NCBI GenBank assembly: GCA_021801525.1
Contig: JAJYXW010000192.1
Location: 14,898-78,897 of the forward strand
Source of the DNA: Actinomycetes bacterium
GTDB taxonomy: Bacteria; Actinomycetota; Acidimicrobiia; Acidimicrobiales; JAJYXR01
Reading direction: 5' to 3'
DNA length: 64,000 bases
Shown here piece by piece: positions 33,735-46,600 of the stretch; within the stretch, counting starts at the first letter, position 1; every line of letters starts with the position of its first letter. The notes beneath the pieces were generated by a model that made no database searches, had not been told where the DNA came from, and saw only the letters and a list, made by a program, of their open reading frames with translations. Position numbers and translations under genes: made by a program.

Positions 33735-36700
33735 TGGAACAGCCCAGCCCACCACGTCTACGACCACGTCAGCCGATCCGGTGTAGTTGTAGAGGCTTAC
33801 GGCGCCATAGGCGCCTGTGGGCGCGGTGCCGCCGCTGCCCACGGGCAGGACCACGCCATCTGCGATCGTCTGGCCTGCTTGCCAGTCGAGTACCGAGGTC
33901 AGCGGCCGGGTCGCACCTGCCGGCTGTGTTGTAGAACCCGACGGAGTCGGGTATGCCGTCAGGTACGACGAGGCCGTCGTGTTCGTGGCTGTGATGTTCA
34001 CTATGACTGCGGTCGCATCCGCTGGCACGCCGGCGAGCCCGGTTGCCTGGATACTGAGTGTCCCATTGGGCCCCAAGGTCTTTCCCTCGCAGTTGGTGAG
34101 AGCAGCCCCAGAGAGGTTGGAGGGGTTACCCGCCCGGGTGTCACAGATCCGAGCCGGTGTAGCAGCAGGCACGAGGACCGAGCCGGTCGCAGAGGGGTTA
34201 GAGGCATCTGTTATGTAGCCCTCCACGTCGACTGTGATCTCAGGTGCTCCTGCATAGGAGTAGATGGACACCTCGCCGGCCTTGCCCACAGGGAGGATCA
34301 CCGAGTTCGCTGTGATGCTCCCTCGGGCGTAGTCGAGCTGGGAGACAACAGGCAGGCTCCCACCTGTTGGGTAGAGGGACAAGAAGCCACCAGCCGTGGG
34401 ATCTATGGCTGTGACCGTGGCTATCACTGCTGCGACCCCTGAGGAGGGGACCGGTCCCTCGCCTGTGACGGGGAAGCTCATGGTCCCACCTGCTGCAGGT
34501 GCGAGGCCCGTGCAGGGATTGGTGGCCTCGTTGGTCCTCGTGTCACATATGCGACTAGGCGTGAGAGGAACATAGAGGCCGGTCCCAGGGGTTGTCTCTG
34601 GGCCTACGTAGCCCTCTAGGTCCACCACGAGGTTCGTGGTGCCTGCGTGGTTGTAGATGGCGACCTGGCCCGAAGAGGAGAGGCCGACCATCACCATGTT
34701 CGAGCGGATGCTGCCCGCTTGGAAGTTCACACTCGAAGTGCCAGGAGTTGGCTCACCTGCTGGGTAGAGGGTGATAAAGCCATTTGCGCTCGGGTCTACG
34801 ACGGTCACGTTCAAGGCGACTGCGCTCGCATCCACCTGGATCGTCAGTACCCCGCCTGTGCCTGGGGCCTTTCCCTCGCAGTTGGTGAGGGCTGTGCCTG
34901 AGAGGCCAGAGGGGTTCGCGTCCCTCGTGTCGCAGATGCGCGTCGGGGTTATCGGGTGAAAGCCCGGTGGTATCGCAGCCACGTAGGTGAAGAGGTCCGA
35001 AGACGAGGTGGCAGAGCTGCCCCCTGGGGTCGTGACCGTCACGTTCACGCTATTGCCGGTGCTCCCAGCAGGTGAGATCGCGTCTATCTGGCTCGCAGAG
35101 ACCACGTCGAAGGACTCTGCAGGCGTGGAGCCGAAGTCCACCAAGGCCGTGTCGAGGAGGTTCGAGCCCGTGATCGTGACGCTCGTGCCACCAGCCGGGG
35201 GCCCAGACGTAGGCGATACGGAGCTCACAACCGGTGTGGCAGGAGCTGCGGGAGGGTTCGTCACGTTCGTGAGCACCACGTCGTGCCCGGTGCCTGCCCC
35301 GCCGGTTGGCGACCCGGTGTAGGTGATCTGGAGCTTCTGGCCCCCTGCGGAGAACACCTCGCCTTCGCTGAGCGGCGATCCCTGGTAGGAAAGCTCTCCC
35401 GTGAGAGCTGAGCTGGAGGTGTTGTGGAGTATGTCGAAGCGAGCCCCGTAGTAGCCAGGGGTGACCGTGGTGAGATCCAGGTTCGTGCCCGATATGTCGG
35501 CGCCGTCGGCCACGAGCTGGCTGTAGGTGCCAGCCGATGTGCCGGCGAGGGACACCTGGAGGGTCGACCCAGAAGCAGACAGGTTCGCATAGCCCGTGGA
35601 GGTGAGCGTTCCCGGCGCGTCCCCCGGGTAGATCGTGCAGGGGCTGGTGCTGCAGCCACTCGTCGTTATGGCGGGCACACTGCCGGTGCCCTCTAGGACG
35701 TTCCCGCCGTAGAGCGTGACCCCCGAGGAGGAGGTGATAGATCCGGTCACGTCGAGCGTGCCGGTTGTCACCGTCGTAGTCCCGGTGTAGGTGTTCGTGC
35801 CCGAGAGGGTGAGCTGCCCGTTCACCCCGCCGGATCCGTTGCCGAGCTCGAGGCCATATGAGCCACCGGAGTCGCTTACCACCCCCGAGAGCGTGAGGCT
35901 GTCGGTCGACTGGCAAGCCGTAAGCGACGAAGTGCAGTTCACGTCGATAGGCACGGTGCTCCCCTGGAGGATCACGTTGCCGGAGATCGTGTTCGTGCCC
36001 TCGCAGTTGTCTATCACCTCGTGGCCGTTCAGCCCGGTGCCGTTCAGCACGACGTCGTTCGGGAGGCTGAAGCTCGAAGGTGCAGCCATGCCCGGCGGCA
36101 GGCAAGCCGGGTTGGAGGAACCCGATGCGAGCTGCAGAGTGCTGCCGGCATCCACACTCACCGCCCCGCCGGAGCCTGGCGTGCCGGGCGTGCCGCCGAG
36201 CGCGCCTGAGGACGCCACCTCGAGCATGTTGCCGGTGACCGCTGTTCCCCCGGTGTAGGAGTTGGCGCCCGAGAGCAGCACCTGGCCGCTGCCGGCCGTG
36301 GTCAAGCCGTAGTTGCCCGAGATGTTGCCCGTGACGACCAGCTCGTCGCCCGAGCCCGCCGCGAGCGAGGTGGCGCCCTCCAAGGTGATAGGGCCGCCCC
36401 AGTAGGAGATGCCCGGACCCGAACCCGAGCTGCAAAGCTCGCCGCCGCAGTAGCTGGACCCCGAGATGTCTAGCTGGTTCGACTCGGTCACCCCGGGACG
36501 GAGCACTATCGGTCCGTTCCCGAGGTCGGTGACGGTGCCGGTACCGAGCGCTCCCGATGCGCTGACCACGAGCGTTCCCCCGGTCGCGACTGTGGTACCG
36601 CCCGAGTAGCTGTTGCTCGAATTCTCGAGGTGGGTCGTGTACGGACCGTCCGTCGTGATCGAGCCGGTGCCGCTCACCTTTCCGGTGAAGTAGAAGTTCG

Positions 36701-38924
36701 TGTCAGTCTGCGCATCGATCGATACTGCACCCGTGAGGCTGAGGCTCCCCGCGATGGTGCAGCCCGTGGTCGTACCACAGGGCGAGCCTGCAGCGATAGT
36801 GGAGCCGCCCGCTGCCGAGATGTCGTTCGGGAGCGTGATCCCAGAGCTGTAGGGCTCGAGCGTCGCTCCGGAGTCGACGGTGACGGTTCCCCCACCCGCT
36901 CCGCCCAGCGCGCCGCCATTCGTGATGTCGAGCGTGCCCGAGGAGAGCGTCGTAGTCCCGGTGTAGGTGTTCGTGCTGCTGAGTGTCACGGTCCCGCCCG
37001 ATCCCGGGTCAGAGACGAGCGAGCCTCCCCCGGTTATATGGTTCGCGAAGGTGCCTGACGCCCCGAGGTCGAGCGTTGTTCTGGTGTCGACGGTGACGGT
37101 CGGCGTGGCGCTCGAGAGTGCTCCGGCGCTGTTCGCGATCAGCGTGCCTCCGGCGACCTCGACGGCGCTCGTATAGGTGTTGCTCCCCGACAGGACTATG
37201 CCCGGCCCGCTGAAGGCCGTAGTGACGAGCGTCCCCGATGTAGCTCCCGAGGCCGTGGAGATGACGCCGGGCAGATCGAGCGCTCCCCCGGACGATTCGA
37301 GGTTCGCGGAGGCGCCACAGCCCGAGCAGCCGAGCTCGATCGGGCCCGACCAGGTGTCGGTCTTCCCTGTCGCGCCAAGACCGTCGAGGGTGCTGCCGCC
37401 GGCGAGCTCGGCACCGATTCCCGCGGGTATCGTTATGCCGCCCGATCCGCTCGAGAGCTCTACCGACGCATTCGTGCCCGACGCCGTGACGGTGCATGCC
37501 CCGGTGGAGAAGTTGAGGCAGCCTGATGTGCCCGGACCGAACGCGTCCGCGGACGCGCCCACGAGCGTGCCGGAGTTCACGAGGATGCCACCTGGGAAGT
37601 CCGCATTCGTGCCCGACAACTCGACCGATCCTCCCGAGGTGCTCACGTCGACGACGAGGGTGCCCGCGCTCGAGCCGGGCGTGATCGTCCCCGAGAGCGT
37701 GAAGGTGCTCCCGGGCAAGGAGCTCTGGTTCGCCACTACGTAGCTCGATCCGCTCGTGAGCGCGACAGTGCCGGCCCAGGTATCCCCGCCCGTCGTCCCA
37801 GTGTCGAGGAGGGAGGCGGCCCCGCTAACTCCGCTCCCGAGGGTGAGCGGCGAGCTGAAGCTGAGAGGGGTCCCTGCGTTGTCGATGGCGAGGCTCCCAC
37901 CGCTGTCCACGGTGACGCCGGAGGTGGAGCCGAGCGCGCCGGAGCTGGACAGGACCAGCTCGGCACCCGATGCGACCGTCGTCGCGCCGGTATAGGTGCT
38001 CGTGCCGTCGAGCGTGAGCGGCCCGGCGCCGGCGTCGGCGAGCGCGAGCCCGTTCCGGAGGCTACCTCCGTAGGTATCCGAGCCCGATGAGTCCACGGTG
38101 AGCGTGGGCGCTCCCGTGTTGGAGAAGACATCCCCGAGTGTCCCAGTCAGGCCTGCGAGGGTCTGCGAGTAGCCGGCAAGGTCGTAGCCGCCGGTCACCT
38201 CGAGAGACGTGGTCGTGGGAAGGGCGTTGTTGGCCTTGTTGTACAGGTTGCCGCTTGCCACCACGGTCGAGGTGTCGGCATACGTGGCCGGCTCCTCGAT
38301 AGCGACACTGCCGATGTATGTCGAGCTCGAGGTGGTGCCGAAGGTGAGCGTGTCGGTCGAGGAGCCACCGGAGAGCGCGGCGTTCAGGAGGAGGCCGCCA
38401 GCAGACTCGACTGTGGCGTCCCCCGTGATGGATATGGTCCCCTCGGGGGAGCCCGGCGTGCCTATGGAAGGAGTGGCGCTCGCGCTCGTGTCGGAGATTG
38501 CCACGTTGCCCGACACGCCGTCGGCGCCCGGGTCGAGGGAGATGGTGGTGCTAGTCGAGGTGATGCCGAGCGTGTAGCTGTTCTCGAAGGTGATGCTCGC
38601 GAGAATAGGGGTCGAGATGTCGAGGGAGGGGGTTGCCGCCGTCGCGGCAGAGGGGATCGTTGCCGGGAACACAACCGCGTCGGCTGTCGCAGGGGGGCCG
38701 TTGCCCGTCCCGGATCCGCAGTTCCAGTTGCCCGCCACGCTCCAGTAGGCCGTGCCGCTGCCCGCGGCCGCGGCCGTCCAGGTGCAGACGGTCGGCCCGC
38801 TGGCGGCGGCGCTGCCCCCACCGAGAGCGAGCACGGCAGCGGTGGCGCCCGAGGCCATTCCCGCAGCCACGAGCCCAGCTACCACCCAGCGAGTCATCCT
38901 GCCCGACATAGCGCCTCCCAGCAA
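33732..38924 (-). CDS. 1730-aa secreted protein: signal peptide, ~1150 aa of autotransporter-type beta-strand (PATR-like) repeats, an IPT/TIG domain, and three C-terminal ~130-150 aa repeat domains
   Basis: N-terminus MTRWVVAGLVAAGMASGATAAVLALGG. Recurrent LSGTNTYTGTTTV/GTLxV units. IPT/TIG-like region PVVSSVSPTSGPPAGGTSVTITGSNL...VNVTVTTPGGSS (nt 34980-35234). Three repeats each begin P-x-RICDTR and end VVDxxGY/W (nt 33735-34961). No LPXTG motif and no C-terminal transmembrane segment. Confidence 0.8.
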   Translation of the reverse strand: MLGGAMSGRMTRWVVAGLVAAGMASGATAAVLALGGGSAAASGPTVCTWTAAAAGSGTAYWSVAGNWNCGSGTGNGPPATADAVVFPATIPSAATAATPSLDISTPILASITFENSYTLGITSTSTTISLDPGADGVSGNVAISDTSASATPSIGTPGSPEGTISITGDATVESAGGLLLNAALSGGSSTDTLTFGTTSSSTYIGSVAIEEPATYADTSTVVASGNLYNKANNALPTTTSLEVTGGYDLAGYSQTLAGLTGTLGDVFSNTGAPTLTVDSSGSDTYGGSLRNGLALADAGAGPLTLDGTSTYTGATTVASGAELVLSSSGALGSTSGVTVDSGGSLAIDNAGTPLSFSSPLTLGSGVSGAASLLDTGTTGGDTWAGTVALTSGSSYVVANQSSLPGSTFTLSGTITPGSSAGTLVVDVSTSGGSVELSGTNADFPGGILVNSGTLVGASADAFGPGTSGCLNFSTGACTVTASGTNASVELSSGSGGITIPAGIGAELAGGSTLDGLGATGKTDTWSGPIELGCSGCGASANLESSGGALDLPGVISTASGATSGTLVTTAFSGPGIVLSGSNTYTSAVEVAGGTLIANSAGALSSATPTVTVDTRTTLDLGASGTFANHITGGGSLVSDPGSGGTVTLSSTNTYTGTTTLSSGTLDITNGGALGGAGGGTVTVDSGATLEPYSSGITLPNDISAAGGSTIAAGSPCGTTTGCTIAGSLSLTGAVSIDAQTDTNFYFTGKVSGTGSITTDGPYTTHLENSSNSYSGGTTVATGGTLVVSASGALGTGTVTDLGNGPIVLRPGVTESNQLDISGSSYCGGELCSSGSGPGISYWGGPITLEGATSLAAGSGDELVVTGNISGNYGLTTAGSGQVLLSGANSYTGGTAVTGNMLEVASSGALGGTPGTPGSGGAVSVDAGSTLQLASGSSNPACLPPGMAAPSSFSLPNDVVLNGTGLNGHEVIDNCEGTNTISGNVILQGSTVPIDVNCTSSLTACQSTDSLTLSGVVSDSGGSYGLELGNGSGGVNGQLTLSGTNTYTGTTTVTTGTLDVTGSITSSSGVTLYGGNVLEGTGSVPAITTSGCSTSPCTIYPGDAPGTLTSTGYANLSASGSTLQVSLAGTSAGTYSQLVADGADISGTNLDLTTVTPGYYGARFDILHNTSSSALTGELSYQGSPLSEGEVFSAGGQKLQITYTGSPTGGAGTGHDVVLTNVTNPPAAPATPVVSSVSPTSGPPAGGTSVTITGSNLLDTALVDFGSTPAESFDVVSASQIDAISPAGSTGNSVNVTVTTPGGSSATSSSDLFTYVAAIPPGFHPITPTRICDTRDANPSGLSGTALTNCEGKAPGTGGVLTIQVDASAVALNVTVVDPSANGFITLYPAGEPTPGTSSVNFQAGSIRSNMVMVGLSSSGQVAIYNHAGTTNLVVDLEGYVGPETTPGTGLYVPLTPSRICDTRTNEATNPCTGLAPAAGGTMSFPVTGEGPVPSSGVAAVIATVTAIDPTAGGFLSLYPTGGSLPVVSQLDYARGSITANSVILPVGKAGEVSIYSYAGAPEITVDVEGYITDASNPSATGSVLVPAATPARICDTRAGNPSNLSGAALTNCEGKTLGPNGTLSIQATGLAGVPADATAVIVNITATNTTASSYLTAYPTPSGSTTQPAGATRPLTSVLDWQAGQTIADGVVLPVGSGGTAPTGAYGAVSLYNYTGSADVVVDVVGWAVP

Positions 38925-39014
38925 CAGGTCGTCAGCAGCGGCGCATGATACCCGTTCAAGTGGATCGAAGTGGATCGCGCTGACCCGGCACGTGGCCGGC
39001 CTGCCAGGAGCAGT

Positions 39015-39419
39015 TCAGGCGCCCACGAGCTGTGCCGGCGTCAGGGTTTCCACGGCTCCTCTAACCCCGCGTAGCAACCGCTCGTCCGCGCTCACGAGGG
39101 GGCAGCGGCGGAGCGCAGCGAGCGCTATGTAGCAAGCGTCGTAGAGCTTCGCCCAACCACGCTCCTCGGCCACACCCCACGCGCGCTCGAGCACCCGGGC
39201 ATCGGTGGTGTACTCGATGGGTGCCTTGGCCAGACGGCTCGAGGCGATGTCCGCGAGCTGACGGGTCACTTGCCCGCGCCACAAGGCGGCATGAAGCGCC
39301 GAGAGCACCTCGTAGCGCAGGAGCCCCGGTGCCGCGAGCTGATGCCCGCTGAGCAGTGAAAACCCCTCGGACTCCAAGGCCACACGCAGAGCGACGCTCG
39401 CGTCGAGCACTACGAGCAT
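39015..39419 (-). CDS. vapC: PIN-domain ribonuclease toxin (VapC-like)
   Basis: Conserved text: MLVVLDASVAL (N-terminal Asp), YDACYIALA, PLVSADERLL. 134 aa. Shares one nucleotide with the upstream antitoxin gene (TGATG overlap). Confidence 0.8.
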   Translation of the reverse strand: MLVVLDASVALRVALESEGFSLLSGHQLAAPGLLRYEVLSALHAALWRGQVTRQLADIASSRLAKAPIEYTTDARVLERAWGVAEERGWAKLYDACYIALAALRRCPLVSADERLLRGVRGAVETLTPAQLVGA

Positions 39420-39676
39420 CAGTGACCGCGACGCCCTTCACGCACGAGGTCGACCACGTCGGGCATCGGCTCACCGGTCGCCGTCGAGCCCCAGCCGGCA
39501 GGGAACGCTCCAGGTAACGAGGAGGTATCCAACTGCATTGACCGAACGTCCTCCTCCTCGATCAGGTGCTGGAGACCCACCTTGGATGCGCGCAGCTTCC
39601 CCGAACGTATCCATCGGCGAACCGTCTCAGGGTCCCGGCCGGTCCTTCGGGCGACCTCGATAACTGTCATTGCCAT
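39419..39676 (-). CDS. HTH (excisionase/MerR-like) DNA-binding antitoxin candidate (VapB-like)
   Basis: 85 aa. The HTH is MTVIEVARRTGRDPETVRRWIRSGKLRASKVG. It lies directly upstream of the PIN gene and overlaps it. Confidence 0.65.
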   Translation of the reverse strand: MAMTVIEVARRTGRDPETVRRWIRSGKLRASKVGLQHLIEEEDVRSMQLDTSSLPGAFPAGWGSTATGEPMPDVVDLVREGRRGH

Positions 39677-39746
39677 AGTCGCATACTACTACAAGTGGCC
39701 GCGGAGCGGCCGTGCACTTGCCGGCGGGCAGCGCGCCGCTTGGTCC

Positions 39747-39775
39747 TTGACGTGCCCAGGTGGGCGTCGTAACCT
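39747..39775 (+). promoter_or_regulatory. Candidate sigma-70-type promoter upstream of rpoB (distal)
   Basis: TTGACG, a 17-nt spacer, then TAACCT. Confidence 0.3.
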
Positions 39776-39837
39776 TTGTTCGACGCCCTCTCGGGGCTGG
39801 CTTCAGGCCCGGGTTGGGGGCGGGGTTCAGGCTGGAC

Positions 39838-39866
39838 TTGCATTGCCGCGCCGAAGCGCGTAAGCT
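39838..39866 (+). promoter_or_regulatory. Candidate sigma-70-type promoter upstream of rpoB (proximal)
   Basis: TTGCAT, a 17-nt spacer, then TAAGCT. Confidence 0.3.
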
Positions 39867-40061
39867 ATACGGTTGCCGTGCTCCCCACTCGCGCCACCAC
39901 TGCCTGCAACGCCTGAATGCCGCGCGCCTCTCGCGTCGTTCGCCCCCTATCAGGGTGTTTCACAGGTGACCGCGCGGCGCGAGCGGCTGCATCCACGGCG
40001 AGCAAGTTCCTGATGTCGGCGTCAAGTCCCTGTCCGCGCCCTAGCTGGGAGGAGTAGGCCG

Positions 40062-43625
<3,564 letters not shown>

Positions 43626-43629
43626 CACC

Positions 43630-46600
43630 ATGCTCGACGTGAACGACTTCGACCAGATCAGGATCGGGCTCGCCACCGCCGACGCGATCCGCACGTGGTC
43701 CAACGGCGAGGTGAAGAAGCCCGAGACCATCAACTACCGGACGCTTCGCCCGGAGAAGGACGGGCTCTTCTGCGAGAAGATTTTCGGCCCGACCAAGGAC
43801 TGGGAGTGCTACTGCGGCAAGTACAAGCGCGTCCGCTTCAAGGGGATCATCTGCGAGCGCTGCGGCGTGGAGGTGACGCGCTCGAAGGTGCGCCGCGAGC
43901 GCATGGGCCACATCGAGCTCGCAGCCCCGGTCGTGCACATCTGGTACCTGCGTGGAACGAGAAGCTGGCTCGCCTACCTCCTCATGGGCACCGAGGCGCG
44001 TGAGGAGCTGAAGGCCAAGCAGCTCGAGAAGGTGATCTACTTCGCCGCGAACCTCGTCACCTGGGTAGACGAGGAGCGCCTCCACGAGGATCTTCCCACC
44101 CTGGAGGGGGAGCTCGCCGAGGAGGTGCGCGAGCTCGAGCGCCAGCGCGACATCGCCATCGATCAGCGCTTCAAGGCGCTCGAAGACGAGCTGGCGGAGC
44201 TCGAGCGCTCCGGTGCGAAGGACTCCGAGCTCAAGGCCCGCAGCCGAGCCGTCGAGCGCGAGATAGCGGCCATGCGCGAGCGCTCGGACGCGGAGATCGA
44301 CGCGGCGAAGCGCTCCTTCGACGAGCTGCGCGAGCTGCACCCGAGGAAGATCATCGAGGACGAGATGCTCTGGCGCGAGCTGAAGCTGCGCTACGACGAG
44401 TACTTCGAGGGCGGCATGGGAGCCGAGACCCTCGCGGCGCTGATCGAGCGCACCGACTTCGACGAGGAGGAGCAGAAGCTCCGCGACATGATCGACGCGG
44501 CAGACGGCCGGAGGCCCCTGTCGGTGCAGCGGCGCCAGAAGGCGATAAAGCGCCTGAAGATCGTCTCCGCCTTCAACCGCCGCGACGAGCACAACAGGCG
44601 CGTGAACGATCCCCGTGCCATGATCCTGCAGGCCGTACCGGTGATACCGCCCGACTTGCGCCCCATGGTGCAGCTCGACGGCGGCCGGTTCGCCACCTCC
44701 GACCTGAACGACCTGTACCGCCGCGTGATCAACCGCAACAACCGCCTGAAGCGGCTTCTCGACCTCGGCGCGCCGGAGATCATCATCAACAACGAGAAGC
44801 GCATGCTCCAGGAGGCCGTAGACGCGCTGTTCGACAACGGCAGGCGCGGGCGCCCGGTCACCGGGCCGGGCAACAGGCCCCTGAAGAGCCTCTCGGACAT
44901 GCTGAAGGGCAAGCAGGGCCGTTTCCGCCAGAACCTTCTCGGAAAGCGCGTGGACTACTCGGGCCGTTCGGTCATCGTCATCGGGCCGACCCTGCAGCTC
45001 CACCAGTGCGGCCTGCCGAAGCTCATGGCGCTCGAGCTGTTCAAGCCGTTCGTGATGAAGAGCCTGGTGGATGCAGAGCTGGCCCAGAACATCAAGTCCG
45101 CCAAGCGGATGGTGGAGCGCCGCCGGCCCCAGGTATGGGACGTGCTCGAAGATGTCATAAAGGAGCACCCGGTGCTCTTGAACCGTGCGCCGACGCTGCA
45201 CCGCCTCGGGATCCAGGCGTTCGAGCCCGTGCTGGTGGAGGGGAAGGCGATCCAGGTCCACCCCCTCGTCTGCACCGCCTTCAACGCGGACTTTGACGGT
45301 GACCAGATGGCGGTCCACCTGCCGCTTTCCGCCGAGGCGCAGGCCGAGGCGCGTGTGCTCATGCTCTCGGCGAACAACGTGCTCTCACCGGCGACCGGGC
45401 GGCCCATCACGGTCCCCACCCAGGACATGGTCTTTGGCACCTACTACCTGACCCTGATGGTGGACGGGGCCAAGGGCGAGGGGCGCGCCTTCCGCCATGC
45501 CTTCGAGGTCGAGCGCGCCCTCGACGAGGGTGATGTCGACCTTCACGCCCGCGTGGTGCTGAGGCCCGCCCCGGGCACCAGGCTCGAGGCCGCGCTGGCT
45601 GCCGCTCTCGGAGTGGAGCTCGACGGCGCTTCCGGCGAGGACGGTGGCGCTTCCGGCGAGGCCGGCGAGGACAGTGGCGCTTCCGAGGCTGCCGGCAGGG
45701 AGCCGCTGTCCATCGAGACGACCCCGGGAAGGCTCCTCTTCAACGAGGCGCTCCCCGAAGGCTTCCGCTTCGTGAACGACGTGGTCGGCAAGCGCAACAC
45801 CTCCATCGGGTCCATCGTGGAGGAGATAGCGGCAGGGTATCCCAAGCACGTCGTGGCCGAGAGCCTCGACCGGGTGAAGGACCTCGGGTTCCGCTACGCG
45901 TCCAAGTCGGGGCTCACCATATCCATCGACGACGTTAGGACCCCGCCGGAGAAGGCGGCGATACTCGACCGCTACGAGCGCGAGGCGGAGAAGGCCGAGG
46001 CCCAGTTCCGCCGCGGCATCATCACCGACGATGAGCGCCGCCAGAAGGAGATAGAGATCTGGACCTCGGCCACCTCGGAGGTGGGTCGGGCCATGGAGAA
46101 GAGCCTGGCGGGCATGGCGTTCAACCCTCTGGACATGATGGTGGACTCCGGCGCGCGAGGCAACGCCCAGCAGATCCGCCAGATCGCCGGCATGAAGGGC
46201 CTGGTCTCCAATCCTCGCGGCGAGATGATCCCCCGCCCCATCAAGTCCTCCTTCCGGGAGGGCCTGTCGGTGCTCGAGTACTTCATCTCCACCCACGGCG
46301 CCCGCAAGGGGCTCGCCGACACAGCCCTGCGCACGGCCGACTCGGGGTACCTGACCAGGCGCCTCGTCGACGTCGCCCAAGAGCTGATCGTGCGCGTCGA
46401 GGACTGCGGTACCACGCGCGGCATCTGGATCGAGGACATCGTCCCCGACCAGCCCGGCAAGCGCTCGTACCTGGAGACCCGCGTGTACGGCCGATTGCTT
46501 GCCGAACCTGTGGTGCTGGCCGACAAGTCCGCGCTGCCTTCGGGAACGCTGCTGGACGACGAGCTCATGGCCCGCCTGCGCGACGACCCGGGCGTCGACC

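Noticed and set aside
35050-36435. 461-aa minus-strand ORF in another frame inside the giant gene
   Set aside because: It is an Arg/His/Gly-rich alternate-frame product of a repetitive Gly/Thr/Ser-coding region. The 1730-aa frame has a signal peptide and domain structure.
33657-40061. Calling the rplL-rpoB insertion a mobile element or genomic island
   Set aside because: No integrase, transposase, flanking direct repeats or adjacent tRNA could be found by reading the sequence. It is reported as an insertion relative to canonical synteny only.
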